Assembly (NCBI GenBank): GCA_022758925.1 | Contig: JAEMQF010000093.1 | Location: forward strand, 1-56,570 | DNA: 56,570 nt | Origin: Burkholderiales bacterium | Lineage (GTDB): Bacteria > Pseudomonadota > Gammaproteobacteria > Burkholderiales > Burkholderiaceae_C | Direction: 5' to 3' | The notes under the pieces: model-generated | The model's database searches: none | What the model was told of the DNA's origin: nothing | Seen by the model: only the letters and a program-made list of their open reading frames with translations | Position numbers and translations under genes: made by a program | Shown here: in pieces, positions 24,983 to 34,586 of the stretch | Position numbering within the stretch: position 1 is the stretch's first letter | How the letters are laid out: each line of letters opens with the position of its first letter

Positions 24983-25068
24983 GGTGCGCGGGGGGGGACT
25001 CGAACCCCCACACCATCGCTGGCGTCAGGACCTAAACCTGGTGCGTCTACCAATTTCGCCACCCGCGC
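24983..25068 (-). tRNA. tRNA-Leu (anticodon UAG)
   Basis: The reverse complement is gcgcgggtggcgaaattggtagacgcaccaggtuUAGgtcctg...gggggttcgagtccccc-cgcgc-acca. It has a long variable arm and lies 33 nt upstream of tig. Confidence 0.9.
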
Positions 25069-25155
25069 GGCGTGCTGGGCGAGGCCCTGCGCGTACGAGC
25101 CGGAACGCGCCAACGCCGCCCCGCTGGGCGCCTCGCCATCGGTCAGCGCCGCATT

Positions 25156-28100
25156 CTAACGGGCCGGCGCCGCGTCCTGACCGGCACGCTTGACGCCGTA
25201 CCACGCCGCGTACAGCGCGGGCAGCGACAGCAAGGTGAGTGCCGTCGCGATCACAAGCCCACCCATGATGGCCACTGCCATCGGCCCCCAGAAGACACTG
25301 CGCGACAGCGGGACCATGGCCAGGACCGCCGCCGCGGCGGTCAAGACAATGGGCCGCAGACGCCGCACTGCCGCTTCGACGATTGCCATCCACTGCGTGG
25401 CGCCACGCGCTCGATCCTGCTCGATCTGGTCGATCAGGATCACCGAGTTGCGCATGATCATTCCCATCAGCGCGATCACGCCGAGCAACGCCACGAAACC
25501 AAAGGGGCGGTCCAACAGCAGCAACGCCGCGGCCACGCCGGCGATGCCCAGCGGCGCGGTCAGGAACACCAGGACCGACCGGCTGACGCTGTGCAGCTGG
25601 AGCATCAGAAGCGTGAACATGATGAACAGCATCAGTGGCGCGCCGGCCGCGATCGAGCCCTGGCCCTTGCTGCTTTCTTCCACCGCCCCGGCGATGTCGA
25701 TTCGATAGCCCGGCAGCATGCGCGCGCGGATGGCGTCCAGCTGCGGATCGAGCTGCGCCGTGACGGTGGCTCCCTGCAGTCCTTCGACGATGTCGCCCTG
25801 CACCGTGGCCGCGTAGTCGCGCCCTTCACGCCACAGCACGCCGGGTTCCCAGGCGAGGCGCGCCTTGGCAATTTGGCCGAGCGGGATGCTGCGCCCGGAA
25901 GCCGTGGGCACATACGCATTCGCCAGATCGCTGATGGCATCGCGTTCTTCGAGCGGTTGGCGCAGCACGATGTCAATCAGCTTGTCACCATCGCGGTACT
26001 GGCCGATCGTCGTTCCGGAATTGATGGTTCGCGCTGCCTGCGCAATGCCTGAACTGGAGACTCCGAGGGCGCGCGCCTTGTCCTGGTCGATCTCGAGCCG
26101 CAGGGCCTTGATCGATTCGTTCCAGTTGTCGTTCACGCCACGCATGTTCGGATTGCGCCGCATCACGGCCTTCACTTCATCGGTGTAGGCCCGAACTTGC
26201 TCGGCGTCCTGGCCCACCACGCGAAACTGCACTGGGTAGGGCACGGGCGGTCCATTCGGCAAGAGCTTGGCACGGCCACGCACCTCCGGGAACTCGTTGG
26301 CAAGGATTTCGGGGAGTCGAAGACGCAGTTCCTCGCGCGACGCCAGGTTCGCGGTCTGCACGATCAATTGACTGACATTGCTTTGCGGGAAGATCTGGTC
26401 GAGCACCAAGACGAAGCGTTCGGCGCCGCTGCCGACCCATGTCGTGACATGCTCGACCCCCTTGAATTTCATGATGCGGGCCTCGACCCGCTTCGCCACT
26501 TCTTCGTTCGACGCGAACGATGTGCCTTCGGCAGACCACAGATCGACCAGAATTTCCAGGCGGCTAGAGTCGGGAAAGAACTGGTTCTGCACCTTGCCCA
26601 TGCCGACCACACCCAAAACCAGGGTGCCCAGCGTCAGTCCAATCGTGATCCAACGGTGTGCGACACACCAGTTCACGAGGGCTCGAAAGCCTGCGTAAAA
26701 CGGTGTGTCGAACAGTTCGTGCGGTTGCACGGTGCTGCCCGACTCCGACTTGGACTGAAGCAGCAACGTCCCGAGATAGGGCACGAAGTACACCGATACA
26801 ACCCACGAGATCAGCAAGGCCGCTGCAGTCACCGCGAAGATCGCAAAGGTATATTCACCCACGGTCGATTTCGCCATGCCGATCGGCAGGAAACCCACTG
26901 CGGTAATCAGCGTTCCAGTCAGCATCGGCATTGCCGTGGCTTCGTAGGCGAAGGTGGCGGCCCGGACTTTGTCGTACCCCTCTTCAAGCTTGCGCACCAT
27001 CATCTCGACCGAAATGATCGCGTCGTCCACGAGCAGCCCGAGCGCGATGATCAAGGACCCGAGCGATATCTTGTGCAGGCCCACTCCCCAGTAGTACATC
27101 GTGACGAAGGTGATCGCCAGGACCAGCGGAATCGTGATGCCCACTACCGCACCCGGGCGCCAGTCGAGTCGCAACGGCTTGAAGTGAAGACCCAGGCTGA
27201 TGAAACTTACCGCCAGCACGACGCACACCGCTTCGATCAGGACCTTCACGAATTCGCTCACGGAGCGCGAGACGACCTTGGCCTGGTTCTGAAACTGATG
27301 CAGCTCGATGCCCAGCGGCAGTTCCGCGCGAACTGCTTCGGAGGCCAGATCCAGCGCGTGACCCATTTCGATGATGTCGCCGCCCTTGGCCATCGACACG
27401 CCCAGCGCTATGACTTCCATGCCCTGGTGGCGCACCTTGACTTGCGGCGGGTCGACATAGGCGCGCGTGACTTGGGCAATGTCGCCGAGCTTCAGGCTGT
27501 TGCCCCCGGCACGGATCGCGAACAGTTTCAATTCATCGACTGAAGTGAATTGCCCCGCGACGCGCACCTGGACCGAGTCGGTGGGTGAGTTGATGATGCC
27601 TGCCGACTCGACCGAGTTTTGTTGGCCAAGTTGTGCCAGAACCTGGGTCAGGTCCAGCCCGAGTTGCGCCAGACGCTTTTGCGAGAACTCGACGAAAATC
27701 TTTTCGTCTTGGGCGCCGAACACGGCAACCTTGTTGACATGGCGAACCTTGAGCAGGCGCTGGCGCACGCGATCGGCGTGGTCCTTCAGTTCCTGATAAC
27801 TGAAGCCATCGGCAGAAAGCGCATACATCGAGCCATAGACGTCGCCGAACTCGTCATTGATGAATGGCCCGACCACACCGCTGGGCAGCGTGGCGCGCAT
27901 GTCACCGATCTTCTTCCGCACCGTGTACCAGACCTGCGCCATTTGATTCGGCGGCGACGAGTCCTGGACCTGAAAAATGATCAGCGCCTCACCGGGTTTG
28001 GAATAGCTGCGGATCTTGTCGGAGTACGGAACCTCCTGCAGCGTGCGCTCGAGTTTGTCGGTGACCTGCTCCGCCATTTGCTGCGCAGTGGCTCCCGGCC

Positions 28101-28311
28101 AAAACACGCGCATCGCCATCGCCCGAAACGTGAAGGGCGGGTCTTCGTCTTGCCCGAGCTGAAAGTACGCGGCCGCACCCAGCACGAGCAATACCACGAG
28201 CAAGTAGCGGGTCAGCGCCGGATGATCCAGCGCCCACCTGGAGATGTTCAATCGCGCTGCCGGAACCTGCGGCGTGGCATCCTTCAGCCCAGACTCGGCC
28301 AGCGCACTCAA
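25156..28311 (-). CDS. efflux RND transporter permease subunit (AcrB/AcrD/AcrF family)
   Basis: 1051-aa ORF with the 12-TM, two-large-loop architecture typical of HAE1-type RND pumps. It overlaps the MFP gene by 4 nt. Confidence 0.92.
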   Translation of the reverse strand: MSALAESGLKDATPQVPAARLNISRWALDHPALTRYLLVVLLVLGAAAYFQLGQDEDPPFTFRAMAMRVFWPGATAQQMAEQVTDKLERTLQEVPYSDKIRSYSKPGEALIIFQVQDSSPPNQMAQVWYTVRKKIGDMRATLPSGVVGPFINDEFGDVYGSMYALSADGFSYQELKDHADRVRQRLLKVRHVNKVAVFGAQDEKIFVEFSQKRLAQLGLDLTQVLAQLGQQNSVESAGIINSPTDSVQVRVAGQFTSVDELKLFAIRAGGNSLKLGDIAQVTRAYVDPPQVKVRHQGMEVIALGVSMAKGGDIIEMGHALDLASEAVRAELPLGIELHQFQNQAKVVSRSVSEFVKVLIEAVCVVLAVSFISLGLHFKPLRLDWRPGAVVGITIPLVLAITFVTMYYWGVGLHKISLGSLIIALGLLVDDAIISVEMMVRKLEEGYDKVRAATFAYEATAMPMLTGTLITAVGFLPIGMAKSTVGEYTFAIFAVTAAALLISWVVSVYFVPYLGTLLLQSKSESGSTVQPHELFDTPFYAGFRALVNWCVAHRWITIGLTLGTLVLGVVGMGKVQNQFFPDSSRLEILVDLWSAEGTSFASNEEVAKRVEARIMKFKGVEHVTTWVGSGAERFVLVLDQIFPQSNVSQLIVQTANLASREELRLRLPEILANEFPEVRGRAKLLPNGPPVPYPVQFRVVGQDAEQVRAYTDEVKAVMRRNPNMRGVNDNWNESIKALRLEIDQDKARALGVSSSGIAQAARTINSGTTIGQYRDGDKLIDIVLRQPLEERDAISDLANAYVPTASGRSIPLGQIAKARLAWEPGVLWREGRDYAATVQGDIVEGLQGATVTAQLDPQLDAIRARMLPGYRIDIAGAVEESSKGQGSIAAGAPLMLFIMFTLLMLQLHSVSRSVLVFLTAPLGIAGVAAALLLLDRPFGFVALLGVIALMGMIMRNSVILIDQIEQDRARGATQWMAIVEAAVRRLRPIVLTAAAAVLAMVPLSRSVFWGPMAVAIMGGLVIATALTLLSLPALYAAWYGVKRAGQDAAPAR

Positions 28312-29447
28312 TTCGGCACCTTCGGCGAGGTGGCGCCGGTGCGTGCCGGGTCGACGCCGGCGACGGCCCCCGCGTGTCCATACAACTTGACTTTCTGGCC
28401 CGGTTCAAGCACGTGCACGCCCGCGGTGACGACGATTTGATCTGCGGCCAGACCAGCGCCGATGATCACCTCATTGCCCTGCGTACCCGCCACCTGCACG
28501 GGCCGCAGCGAGACCGTCATCGTCGCTTCGTCGACAACCCAGACCGCACTCTTGCCCTGCTCTTCACGCAACGCGGAAAGCGGCAGCGTCAGAATTCCGG
28601 CGACGCGGGGCAGTTCGACGTAGACCGTTGCGGTCTGGCCGAGCCGCACGCCGCGAATGTTTCCGATGTCGGCTTTCACCAGAAACGTCCGCGTCACCGC
28701 ATCCGCCGCGGCTGCAATCTCGCGCAGTGTCGCGGCATGCGCTGGCCCTGTTTCACCCCAGAACCGAACCTTGAACGCCCCGGGAGATGTGGCCAGCGCC
28801 TTGATCGCGCCGACCTGGTCTTCGGGCACGGAAAACACCACGTCCCTCGGCCCGTCGTGGGCAAGCCTGAGCACGGGTGTGCCCGCGGCGACCACCATTC
28901 CCGGTTCAGCGTCGACTCCGGTCACGACTCCGCTCGCATCGGCCACCAGCGCGGCATAACCAGTTTGGTTGCCCTGAGCGCTGGCCTGAGCCTTGGTCTG
29001 GTCGAACTGCGCCTGCGCCGACCTGACGACGGACTCGCGCCTCTCAAGCTCGGCCGAACTGATGAACCCCTTGTCCAGCAGATCCTTGTAGCGGCGGTAG
29101 TCGGCGGTGGCTTGCTCCAGGTTCACCTGCGCTGCGACGAAAGCCGCCGTTGCCGCCTCGTGGCCGAGCTGCAAGTCTCTCGGGTCGAGCTGTGCGAGAA
29201 CCTGGCCGGCGGTGACACCACTGCCGACCTCCACGTTGCGGCGAGTGATCTTGCCGCCGACCCTGAAACCCAGGCGCGATTCCGTCCTCGCCCGCACTTC
29301 CGCGGCAAACTCCTGAGACCCCTGCGCCGTCTGCGAACTTACCCGCAGGGTCTTGACGGCACGGATCGGATCAGCTTTGGGTACCTGTTTGGAGCAGGCG
29401 ACCACGATGGCCAAGCAAAACAAAGCGAGAAGAACTCGGGTGTGCAT
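28308..29447 (-). CDS. efflux RND transporter periplasmic adaptor (MFP) lipoprotein
   Basis: The track ORF runs to 29774. The in-frame ATG at 29447 gives MHTRVLLALFCLAIVVACSK, which carries a lipobox, and is preceded by AGGA. The body shows HlyD/AcrA-type coiled-coil and barrel regions. Confidence 0.88.
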   Translation of the reverse strand: MHTRVLLALFCLAIVVACSKQVPKADPIRAVKTLRVSSQTAQGSQEFAAEVRARTESRLGFRVGGKITRRNVEVGSGVTAGQVLAQLDPRDLQLGHEAATAAFVAAQVNLEQATADYRRYKDLLDKGFISSAELERRESVVRSAQAQFDQTKAQASAQGNQTGYAALVADASGVVTGVDAEPGMVVAAGTPVLRLAHDGPRDVVFSVPEDQVGAIKALATSPGAFKVRFWGETGPAHAATLREIAAAADAVTRTFLVKADIGNIRGVRLGQTATVYVELPRVAGILTLPLSALREEQGKSAVWVVDEATMTVSLRPVQVAGTQGNEVIIGAGLAADQIVVTAGVHVLEPGQKVKLYGHAGAVAGVDPARTGATSPKVPN

Positions 29448-29620
29448 GGTGCGCTGTCCTGGTCCGTGGGCGGAGGCATTTGCGCCCGGCTCCCGCCGGA
29501 GCGGGGCGCAACTGACTGAATGGTCAGTAATATAGAGGCGAGGCAGAGACCTGTCAATCGTCAGGCCCATTCGAAGAGCACGATCGCACACGCTGCTGCG
29601 CGCGCGTAGACAATCGCGGC

Positions 29621-30475
29621 GTGGCTGTAGATCACTACGAAAACTTCCCCGTCGCCTCCTGGCTCTGCCCGCGCGCGCTGCGCCCTGCCGTGGCAGCGAT
29701 CTACTGGTTCGCCCGGACCGCAGACGATATCGCCGACGAAGGGGACGCCTTGCCCGATGCGCGCCTTGCCGCACTCGCCGCCTACCGCGCCGACCTGCTC
29801 GCGATGGCGAACTGCGGAGCTGCGTCGGTAGCCTGGCCCACGGTGTTCGAGCCGCTGCGGCCGGTGCTCGTCAGGCACCGGCTGCCGCTGCAGCTGCTGA
29901 TAGATCTGCTCAGCGCTTTTGAGCAAGACGTCTGGAAGTGCGGCTATGCGACACGCGATGACTTGCTCGACTATTGCCGGCGTTCGGCAAACCCAGTGGG
30001 CCGCCTGATGCTTCATTTGTTCAAGATCGAAGACCCAACTGCGCTGAACCAGTCCGACGCCATCTGCACCGCCTTGCAACTCGTCAATTTCTGGCAGGAC
30101 TTGGGCCCGGACCTCGCGCGCCGTCGCTACTACATACCCGACGAAGACTGCGCACGGCATCGAATCGCTCCGCAGCGCTTCTGGGAGCGCCGCGACACCC
30201 CCGCAAGCCGCGCCCTGATGACCGAACTGGTGCGTTGGGCTCGAACATTGATGCTCAGCGGAGCACCGTTGGTGCATCGATTGAACGCTCGTTCAGGCTG
30301 GGAGCTGCGTCTGGTCGTGCAGGGTGGTTTGCGCATCCTGGAGAGAATCGATCAACTGCAGGGCGCGACTCTCGAAACGCGTCCCGTCCTGGCGACACGC
30401 GACGTCGCGCCGATGCTCTGGCGCGCGCTCAAGATGCGCCCCAACCGCGCCATCGCGGCTGCGGCCTACCCATGA
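29621..30475 (+). CDS. hpnC: squalene synthase HpnC (hydroxysqualene synthase)
   Basis: 284-aa ORF with the N-terminus MAVDHYENFPVASWLCP and the Asp-rich motif ARTADDIADEG. It belongs to the trans-isoprenyl diphosphate synthase head-to-head family. Confidence 0.85.
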   Translation: MAVDHYENFPVASWLCPRALRPAVAAIYWFARTADDIADEGDALPDARLAALAAYRADLLAMANCGAASVAWPTVFEPLRPVLVRHRLPLQLLIDLLSAFEQDVWKCGYATRDDLLDYCRRSANPVGRLMLHLFKIEDPTALNQSDAICTALQLVNFWQDLGPDLARRRYYIPDEDCARHRIAPQRFWERRDTPASRALMTELVRWARTLMLSGAPLVHRLNARSGWELRLVVQGGLRILERIDQLQGATLETRPVLATRDVAPMLWRALKMRPNRAIAAAAYP

Positions 30476-31308
30476 CGCCCGAAGCCTATGTGCAGCAACG
30501 CGCGGCCAAGAGCGGCTCAAGTTTCTACTACGCCTTTCTGTTTCTGCCGCAGGCACAACGCGCAGCGATCACCGCGTTCTACGCGTTCTGTCGCGAAGTC
30601 GATGACGTCGTCGACGAAATCCAGGACACGGGCGTGGCACGCACCAAACTCGCATGGTGGCGCAGCGAAACCGCCGCCGCTTTTTCGGGCCATGCCAGCC
30701 ACCCCGTGACCCAAGCCCTGATGCCGCACGTGAACGCATACGGCATAGCGCCCGCCCACCTGAACGCGGTGATCGACGGCTGCCAGATGGATCTGGACCA
30801 AACGCGCTATCTTGACTTCGCCGCATTGCAGCGCTATTGCCATCTCGTGGCAGGAGTCGTCGGCGAGGTAGCGTCGAACATTTTCGGCCGCACCCAGCCG
30901 AGCACTCTTGCCTACGCGCACAAACTCGGCCTGGCCATGCAGCTCACCAATATCATCCGCGACGTGGGCGACGATGCACGCCGCGGGCGCATCTATTTGC
31001 CGATGTCCGAGCTCAAGCAATTCGATGTCAAGGCCCACGAAGTCATCGCGCGCGTCGACAGCGAACGATTCACGACGTTGATGAAGTACCAGGCGGAGCG
31101 CGCGCAGCAGGCCTACGATGCAGCGTTCGAGCTGCTCAACCCGGTGGACCGGGCGGCGCAAAGGCCGGGGCTGATGATGGGCAACATCTATCGGACCTTG
31201 CTGCGCGAAATCGAAGCCGATGGTTTTCGCGTCTTGCGCCAACGCACGTCGCTCACGCCGATTCGCAAGCTCTGGATTGCGATGCGCACCAACTGGCAAG
31301 AACGCTAG
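30472..31308 (+). CDS. hpnD: presqualene diphosphate synthase HpnD
   Basis: An in-frame ATG overlaps the hpnC stop (ATGA). It contains SSFYYAFLFLP and FCREVDDVVDE, followed by the second Asp-rich motif RDVGDDARRGRIYLP. Confidence 0.85.
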   Translation: MTPEAYVQQRAAKSGSSFYYAFLFLPQAQRAAITAFYAFCREVDDVVDEIQDTGVARTKLAWWRSETAAAFSGHASHPVTQALMPHVNAYGIAPAHLNAVIDGCQMDLDQTRYLDFAALQRYCHLVAGVVGEVASNIFGRTQPSTLAYAHKLGLAMQLTNIIRDVGDDARRGRIYLPMSELKQFDVKAHEVIARVDSERFTTLMKYQAERAQQAYDAAFELLNPVDRAAQRPGLMMGNIYRTLLREIEADGFRVLRQRTSLTPIRKLWIAMRTNWQER

Positions 31309-31310
31309 CG

Positions 31311-32576
31311 GTGCGCACAGTCGCAATCGTCGGTGCAGGTTGGGCCGGTATCGCCGCCGCTGTTGAAGCCACGCTGCGAGGCGACGCCGTGACGCTTTAT
31401 GAAATGGCGCCGCGCTGCGGCGGCCGGGCGCGCAGCGTGGAGGTCGATGGGCTGACGCTGGACAACGGCCAGCACATCTTGATCGGCGCCTACACCGAAA
31501 CGCTGCGCCTGATGCAGCTCGTCGGCGCGGATGTGCGGCAGTTGCTGCTGCGCACTGCGCTGGAGCTTCGGGAACCCGAGCACCGGGGCCTGCGGCTGGA
31601 GGCAGGGCCGCCCATCGTCTCGCTTGCCATGGCGGTGGCTCGGCATCCCACATGGAGCTGGCGCGCCAAGCTCGCTTTGATGGCGCAGGCCTCGCGCTGG
31701 GCGATGATGAGATTTGCTTGCGACCCAGCGCTGCTCGTCGCCGACCTGACACACCGGCTGCCACGCGAGATCCGCCGGGAATTGATCGACCCATTGTGCG
31801 TGGCCGCCTTGAACACTTCGTCACACCAGGCCAGCGCAAGCGTTTTCTTGCGGGTGCTGAAAGACGCGCTCTTTGGCGCACCGGGTTCATCTGACCTGTT
31901 GTTGCCGAAAGCCGGTCTCAGCGAAGTACTTCCAGACCCAGCCCTGCTCTGGCTGCGGCAGCATGGTGCCGTGGTCCATGCATCGACGCGCGTGCACGAC
32001 CTTCGCCCGACGCCACAGGGCTGGTGCGTCGACGCCGCCTGTTTTGACCATGTCGTGCTGGCGACGCCTGCGCCGGAAGCCGCGCGTCTGGTGCAAGCGC
32101 ACGCGGCAGCGTGGGCGCACACCGCGCGCGCCCTGCCGTTCGAGCCGATCATGACAATCTATGCCCGCAGCGCGGGCACGCGCTTGCCGATCCCGATGCT
32201 TGCTTTGGAGTGCGACGCGAAACGCCCGGCGCAGTTCGTATTCGATCGAGGGCAACTCGGCGGACCGCAGGGCTTGCTGGCGTTTGTCATCAGCGGCGCT
32301 CGCGACTGGGTGGAACGCGGCGCAGTGGCAGCGACCGAAGCAAGTTTTGCGCAGGCGACTCAAGCGCTCGGCGCCTGGTTGCGAGCACCCTTGCAGGCGG
32401 TAACGGTGCTGACGGAAAAACGCGCCACGTTTCGCTGCATTCCGCAGCTCGCGCGTCCCCCTTTGCAGATCGCCGCCGGCATTTGCGCGGCCGGCGACTA
32501 TGTCGCCGGGCCCTATCCCGCAACTCTGGAAGGCGCCGTTCGATCAGGCGTGCGCGCAGCCCGCGCGCTGCACTGA
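31311..32576 (+). CDS. hpnE: hydroxysqualene dehydroxylase HpnE (FAD-dependent amine-oxidase fold)
   Basis: A GTG start lies 3 nt after the hpnD stop. The dinucleotide-binding motif VAIVGAGWAGIAAA is at the N-terminus, and the protein is about 421 aa. Confidence 0.8.
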   Translation: MRTVAIVGAGWAGIAAAVEATLRGDAVTLYEMAPRCGGRARSVEVDGLTLDNGQHILIGAYTETLRLMQLVGADVRQLLLRTALELREPEHRGLRLEAGPPIVSLAMAVARHPTWSWRAKLALMAQASRWAMMRFACDPALLVADLTHRLPREIRRELIDPLCVAALNTSSHQASASVFLRVLKDALFGAPGSSDLLLPKAGLSEVLPDPALLWLRQHGAVVHASTRVHDLRPTPQGWCVDAACFDHVVLATPAPEAARLVQAHAAAWAHTARALPFEPIMTIYARSAGTRLPIPMLALECDAKRPAQFVFDRGQLGGPQGLLAFVISGARDWVERGAVAATEASFAQATQALGAWLRAPLQAVTVLTEKRATFRCIPQLARPPLQIAAGICAAGDYVAGPYPATLEGAVRSGVRAARALH

Positions 32577-32622
32577 CACCGGCCGGCAGCGCGCGGCAGC
32601 AATGTAGACGAAAATCTTCGGT

Positions 32623-33393
32623 ATGCGATCAAGCGAAGGCAAGCCCCCAACGATTCAAGTTCTGGCGCGAGCGTTTTCGCTGCTGGACGTACTCGCCGCC
32701 CATCAGGAGCCGGTTTCGTTGAAACGGGTCAGTGAGCAGACAGGGCTGCACCCGTCGACTGCGCACCGGATCTTGAACGACCTTACGATCGGCCGCTACG
32801 TCGACCGTCCCGAGGCCGGAAGCTACCGCTTGGGAATGCGATTGCTCGAACTGGGCAACCTGGTGAAGGCACGGCTGGACGTGCGCGACGCAGCACTCAC
32901 TCCGATGCGCGAACTGCACAAGGTCACGCATCAGCCGGTGAATCTTTCGCTGCGCCAAGGCGACGAAATTGTCTATATCGAGCGCGCCTTCAGCGAGAGG
33001 TCCGGCATGCAGGTCGTGCGCGCGATCGGCGGCCGTGCCCCGTTGCACCTGACCTCCGTGGGCAAGCTCTTTCTGGCGCAGGATGATGCGCCACGTGTGC
33101 GGGCCTATGCGACGCGTACCGGATTGGCCGGCCACACGCGCAACAGCATCACCGACTTTGCTGCCCTGGAGAGTGAACTCGCCCGGGTGCGGCGCGACGC
33201 AATCGCGCGCGACGACGAAGAACTCGAACTGGGCGTGCGTTGTATGGCAGCGGGCATCGTCGACGACCAAGGCAAGCTGATCGCCGGGCTGTCGATTTCA
33301 GCGCCTGCCGACAGACTTGAAGAGTCCTGGCTCGAGCGCTTGAAGGCCACGGCGGCGCAAATTTCCGCGGCACTTGGACATGCAGGCGCGTGA
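32623..33393 (+). CDS. IclR-family transcriptional regulator
   Basis: 256-aa ORF with an N-terminal wHTH (VLARAFSLLDVLA...LKRVSEQTGLHPSTAHRILNDL) and a C-terminal IclR effector domain. Confidence 0.9.
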   Translation: MRSSEGKPPTIQVLARAFSLLDVLAAHQEPVSLKRVSEQTGLHPSTAHRILNDLTIGRYVDRPEAGSYRLGMRLLELGNLVKARLDVRDAALTPMRELHKVTHQPVNLSLRQGDEIVYIERAFSERSGMQVVRAIGGRAPLHLTSVGKLFLAQDDAPRVRAYATRTGLAGHTRNSITDFAALESELARVRRDAIARDDEELELGVRCMAAGIVDDQGKLIAGLSISAPADRLEESWLERLKATAAQISAALGHAGA

Positions 33394-33415
33394 AGTCGCG
33401 CCGCAACGGCTTCGA

Positions 33416-34486
33416 TCAGGACGTCAGCTTTTGAGCCACTGACTCATTCGTCGCCGGTGGCAGGTTGTCGATGATCCAGCGGCGAACCCGCTCCGCGTCT
33501 CCCAGCCGCGAATACTTGCCTACGGAGTCGAGGAACACCATGATCAGCGAGCGCCCGGCAAAGTTGACTTGCATCACCAGGCAACGCCCGGCCTCGGCGA
33601 TATAGCCGGTTTTTTGCAGACCGATGTCCCAGTCGGCGCGCCGCACCAGACGGTTCGTGTTGTTAAATTGCAGATTGCGCCGTCCGATTTCCATCTTCGC
33701 CTTGGGCGACACCGACATGTCGCGAATGATCGGATGCTCGTGCGCGGCGCGCGCCAGCGTCACCAGATCCCGGGCGCTGGATCGGTTGAGGCTCGAAAGA
33801 CCCGTCGCCTCGACGAAACTCGAGTCGTGCATGTTCAGTGTTTCAGCCGTGGCATTCATGGCGGCGACAAACGCCTCGGTGCCGCCGGGGTAGGTTCGAC
33901 CCAGCGCGTGTGCGGCACGGTTCTCCGAGGCCATGAGTGCAAGGTGCAGCATTTCGCCGCGAGTCAACTGCGTCCCGACCTTCAAGCGCGAGGGACTGCG
34001 CTTCTCGGTGTCGACGTCGTCCTGGTTCAGGATCACCAGTTCGTCGAGCGGCAACTTGGCCTGGGCAATCACCAGAGCTGTCATAAGTTTTGTCAGCGAT
34101 GCGATTGGAAGCACGACATCGGCGTTCTTGCTGAACAGAACCTCGTCGGTATCCAGGTCGATCACCATCGCGGCGCTCGATTTGAGGGCCAGCGGGTCAG
34201 GCGTACGGTGCAATCCGGCCGCCTCGCCCGCCGACGCATGCGCTGCCGCACGGCGGGGTTTCGCAGACGAGTTGCCGGCAGTGACCGACAGACTCTTGCG
34301 CGCCGGGACGCGCCGCAAGTTGCGCGACTCAGGCGACGTGCCGGCGGTCGCGCCATAGACATCGGCGCGTTCGGGCTCTTCAGTCGCGGCGAATGCCAGC
34401 GGCAGCGCGCCCGGAATCATCAGAACGACAAGCGCCGCTCCAATGCTTGACCTCAATGCCCCTCGGGCAATCTTTTTCGCTCCCAT
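33416..34486 (-). CDS. D-alanyl-D-alanine endopeptidase/carboxypeptidase (peptidase S11, PbpG-like)
   Basis: 356-aa ORF with a signal peptide, the SxxK motif ASLTK and the SxN motif SENR. Confidence 0.85.
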   Translation of the reverse strand: MGAKKIARGALRSSIGAALVVLMIPGALPLAFAATEEPERADVYGATAGTSPESRNLRRVPARKSLSVTAGNSSAKPRRAAAHASAGEAAGLHRTPDPLALKSSAAMVIDLDTDEVLFSKNADVVLPIASLTKLMTALVIAQAKLPLDELVILNQDDVDTEKRSPSRLKVGTQLTRGEMLHLALMASENRAAHALGRTYPGGTEAFVAAMNATAETLNMHDSSFVEATGLSSLNRSSARDLVTLARAAHEHPIIRDMSVSPKAKMEIGRRNLQFNNTNRLVRRADWDIGLQKTGYIAEAGRCLVMQVNFAGRSLIMVFLDSVGKYSRLGDAERVRRWIIDNLPPATNESVAQKLTS

Positions 34487-34586
34487 GCCGGGAGTTTAGG
34501 CGAATGGGAAAAGTCGCGCAAGATCAAAAAGTTACGGCTTCTTCCTAAGGTCAGATCTTGGATACGGCAGAAATCCGTGACGCACT

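Noticed and set aside
29448-29774. 109-codon upstream extension of the RND adaptor ORF
   Set aside because: The extension is Arg-rich junk (MRQGAHRARRPLRRRYRLRSGR...). The internal ATG gives a proper lipoprotein signal peptide with an RBS, and the extension would run into the hpnC promoter region.
29974-31310. Long upstream extensions of the hpnD ORF (from 29974) and the hpnE ORF (from 30837)
   Set aside because: The extensions overlap the preceding hpn gene out of frame. The conserved N-termini begin at the ATG at 30472 (overlapping the hpnC stop) and the GTG at 31311.
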